Of a DNA stretch of 64,000 nucleotides, positions 61,888 through 64,000 are shown piece by piece. The notes under the pieces were generated by a model. That model made no database searches. It saw only the letters and a program-made list of their open reading frames with translations, and was not told the origin of the DNA. A program made the translations under genes and the position numbers. Position 1 is the first letter of the stretch. Each line of letters opens with the position of its first letter. This DNA is from Nitrospirota bacterium (GTDB taxonomy: Bacteria > Nitrospirota > Thermodesulfovibrionia > Thermodesulfovibrionales > Dissulfurispiraceae): positions 32,001 to 96,000 of the forward strand of contig CAVPZX010000001.1 in the NCBI GenBank assembly GCA_963710375.1, in the 5' to 3' direction.

Positions 61888-64000
61888 ATGACGATACGGC
61901 AGAAACTCACCATTAATGCTGTTGTCATAGGGAGCGTGATCCTTCTTTTGGCCGCGGTAGGCGTTTCAAGTCTGATTTTTATAAAGTCTAAGTTGTCGTA
62001 CCTCTTGAGCACCAGCACGCCGTTCCAGGTGAGGACAATCGACCTGCAAAGGACCCTTCAAGTTGCTGTTTCCGACCTGCTGAAGGCAAGCGTTTCGGGC
62101 AGCGCGGACGAACTCGCCCGACAGAAGGCGAACTTCGGGAAATCGTTTTCTGAAATGAAAGAGGCCGAGGATGCGCTTGAAAAACTTTCGGGCCAGCACA
62201 GTGGACTATATGAGGACATAGGGAAATTATCCGGAGAAATATTCGATTCAGCCGGTCAACGGCTGCAGTCGGAGTCCGAAACGAGGCAGGCAGGGGCCTC
62301 TATTTCGGAAAAGATGAAGGACATGACTGCCAGGCTAAAGAATCTGGACTCAAGGGTTTCCGCCATGCAGTCAGGGTATTCAAAGGGCCTGAAGGATGAC
62401 TTTGAAAGCTCGAAAACCTCTTCCGTGAAGCTGCGGGACATGGAGGCCCTGAAGTCTTCGCTTGATGAATTGAACAATATGATCATAACCCTGCCTCATA
62501 CAAAAGAGAGGAAGCAGGCGCTGGTGCTGAAAAGCAAGTCCAACAGCATCCTCGATAACCTTTTGGAAAGCAGACCGGCGAAGGCTTCCAGGGAAATGTC
62601 CTCAACAGTGACATCCCTTAAGCAGAAAGTTTCCGAATTCTTCGAGCTTAACGCAGCAAACGCAAAGCAGCCCAGCGACGAAACAATGCGTAAGATCGAG
62701 GCGGCTTCGGCCGAAATCCGCGAAAACCTTATATTGTCTCTCGAAACGACGCTGAATCAAAGCGTTCAACTTTCTGACAATGGAAGCCTCAAGCCGGAAC
62801 AAGCACCAGGACATTTCTTTTGCTCAGTCGGGACTTGCCACGAACGTGCTTGCGGACAACGCGGCCTTGATGACGGCAGGGCTATCTGTAGAATCATTCG
62901 TGGCAAAGCTCCTGAATGCCTACACATCAGGGGAGGTCGATTACCTGGCGGAGCAAATCAGGAAGTCCTTTGACAGGGCAAATACTTACCAGAAAACTTT
63001 GGAGCAAAACCTGACGAAACTTGGCGCAAAAGATGAGCTTGTCCTGCTCAGAAACGCCTCTTCCGCACTGCATTCGATACGGGATCTGATTTACGCCGGC
63101 AACGGCGTAATAGCTAAAATACGCCAGCAAGCGGAAATGAAGGAAAGGGCGGCAGACGCCGGCAACAGGCTCCGACAAACCGTAAATAAATATACCGAGG
63201 CAGGCAGGCAGGATGTACTGGTTGCGCATAAAGCTCAGGAAGACTCCACCGCTTCAGTTAACCGTGTTGTCGGCTTAAGCATATCTTCCAGCATTATCAT
63301 AGGCGTCGTTGCAATATTGGTTTCCATTATTGCCAGTATTGCCCTATTCAGGACTGTTGTTATTCCAATAAAACGGACAGAGGAAATTTTTGAATACGCC
63401 GAGAGGGACAACGACCTTACAAAGCGTCCGAAAGTCGAAACGCATGATGAAATCGGTGATTTGTGCAGCAGCTACAACAAATTTATGGATAAACTCCATA
63501 GTACGATAAATGATGTAGCCGGATTTACATCTAACCTTGCATCGTCGTCAAGTGAGTTATCTGCGACTTCGCAACAAATGACCGGCAGGGCCAGGACGCA
63601 GGTTGAGGAAACTGAGAGCATTGCCACTGCTTCCGAGGAAATGTCGGCAACGGTACTCGACGTCTCCAGAAACGCGCAGGACGCGTCTGAATTCGCCATG
63701 CGCTTGAAAAATACTTCTCTTGAAGGCGGGGAAGTGGTCAGACAAAGTATTCATGGCATAAAGGCTGTATCCGTTTCCTTTGAAGACATCTCAAGCATTA
63801 TCGACAAACTTGCGAGCAGTTCGGAGCAGATAGGGAAAATTGTCTCTGTCATCAAGGATATTTCCGATCAGACCAATCTTCTCGCCCTGAATGCTGCCAT
63901 AGAGGCAGCCCGCGCTGGGGAACAAGGACGCGGCTTTGCCGTGGTCGCAGATGAAGTCAGGAAACTGGCAGAGAGAACCAATACCTCAGCATCTGAAATT
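61888..64000 (+). CDS. Methyl-accepting chemotaxis protein with large helical periplasmic domain; frameshift near 62782; runs off window
   Basis: N-terminal TM; shifted frame gives second TM ([16 protein letters not shown]), HAMP (DLTKR...DEIG) and [38 protein letters not shown]. Confidence 0.85.

Overview
Bacterial chromosomal window of about 50% GC. Gene content (futalosine-pathway MqnD, B12 radical SAM, sigma54 promoters, rpsB-tsf-pyrH-frr) suggests an anaerobic Nitrospirota/Desulfobacterota-like organism; this is inference only. No rRNA, tRNA, CRISPR array or intact transposase was seen. Two loci stand out. (1) 31.5-40.7 kb is a tightly coupled minus-strand operon encoding BOTH plant-type starch-phosphorylating enzymes, a glucan,water dikinase (GWD, with a CBM45-like N-terminus) and a phosphoglucan,water dikinase (PWD). 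Each is followed by a xylose-isomerase/AP-endonuclease-2-like TIM-barrel protein, and the operon ends in a GH13 glycoside hydrolase. It is a candidate bacterial alpha-glucan phosphorylation system. (2) 11.1-17.4 kb is a corrinoid protein + MtaA/UroD-like protein + RACo activator module with no substrate-specific MT1. It is translationally coupled to a histidine kinase followed by a response regulator, and is a candidate B12/methyl-state sensing system. Other observations: a ~115-bp sigma54 promoter/enhancer cassette duplicated in front of two chemoreceptor loci; an MCP-HDOD-(REC-PP2C-HATPase)-STAS partner-switch operon; a LarA-family racemase coupled to a glycerate kinase; three different MITE-like elements; two small ORFs and two gene remnants missed by the ORF track; non-canonical CTG and ATA starts; and six single-base frameshifts in five genes (including PBP1A), most likely assembly indel errors.
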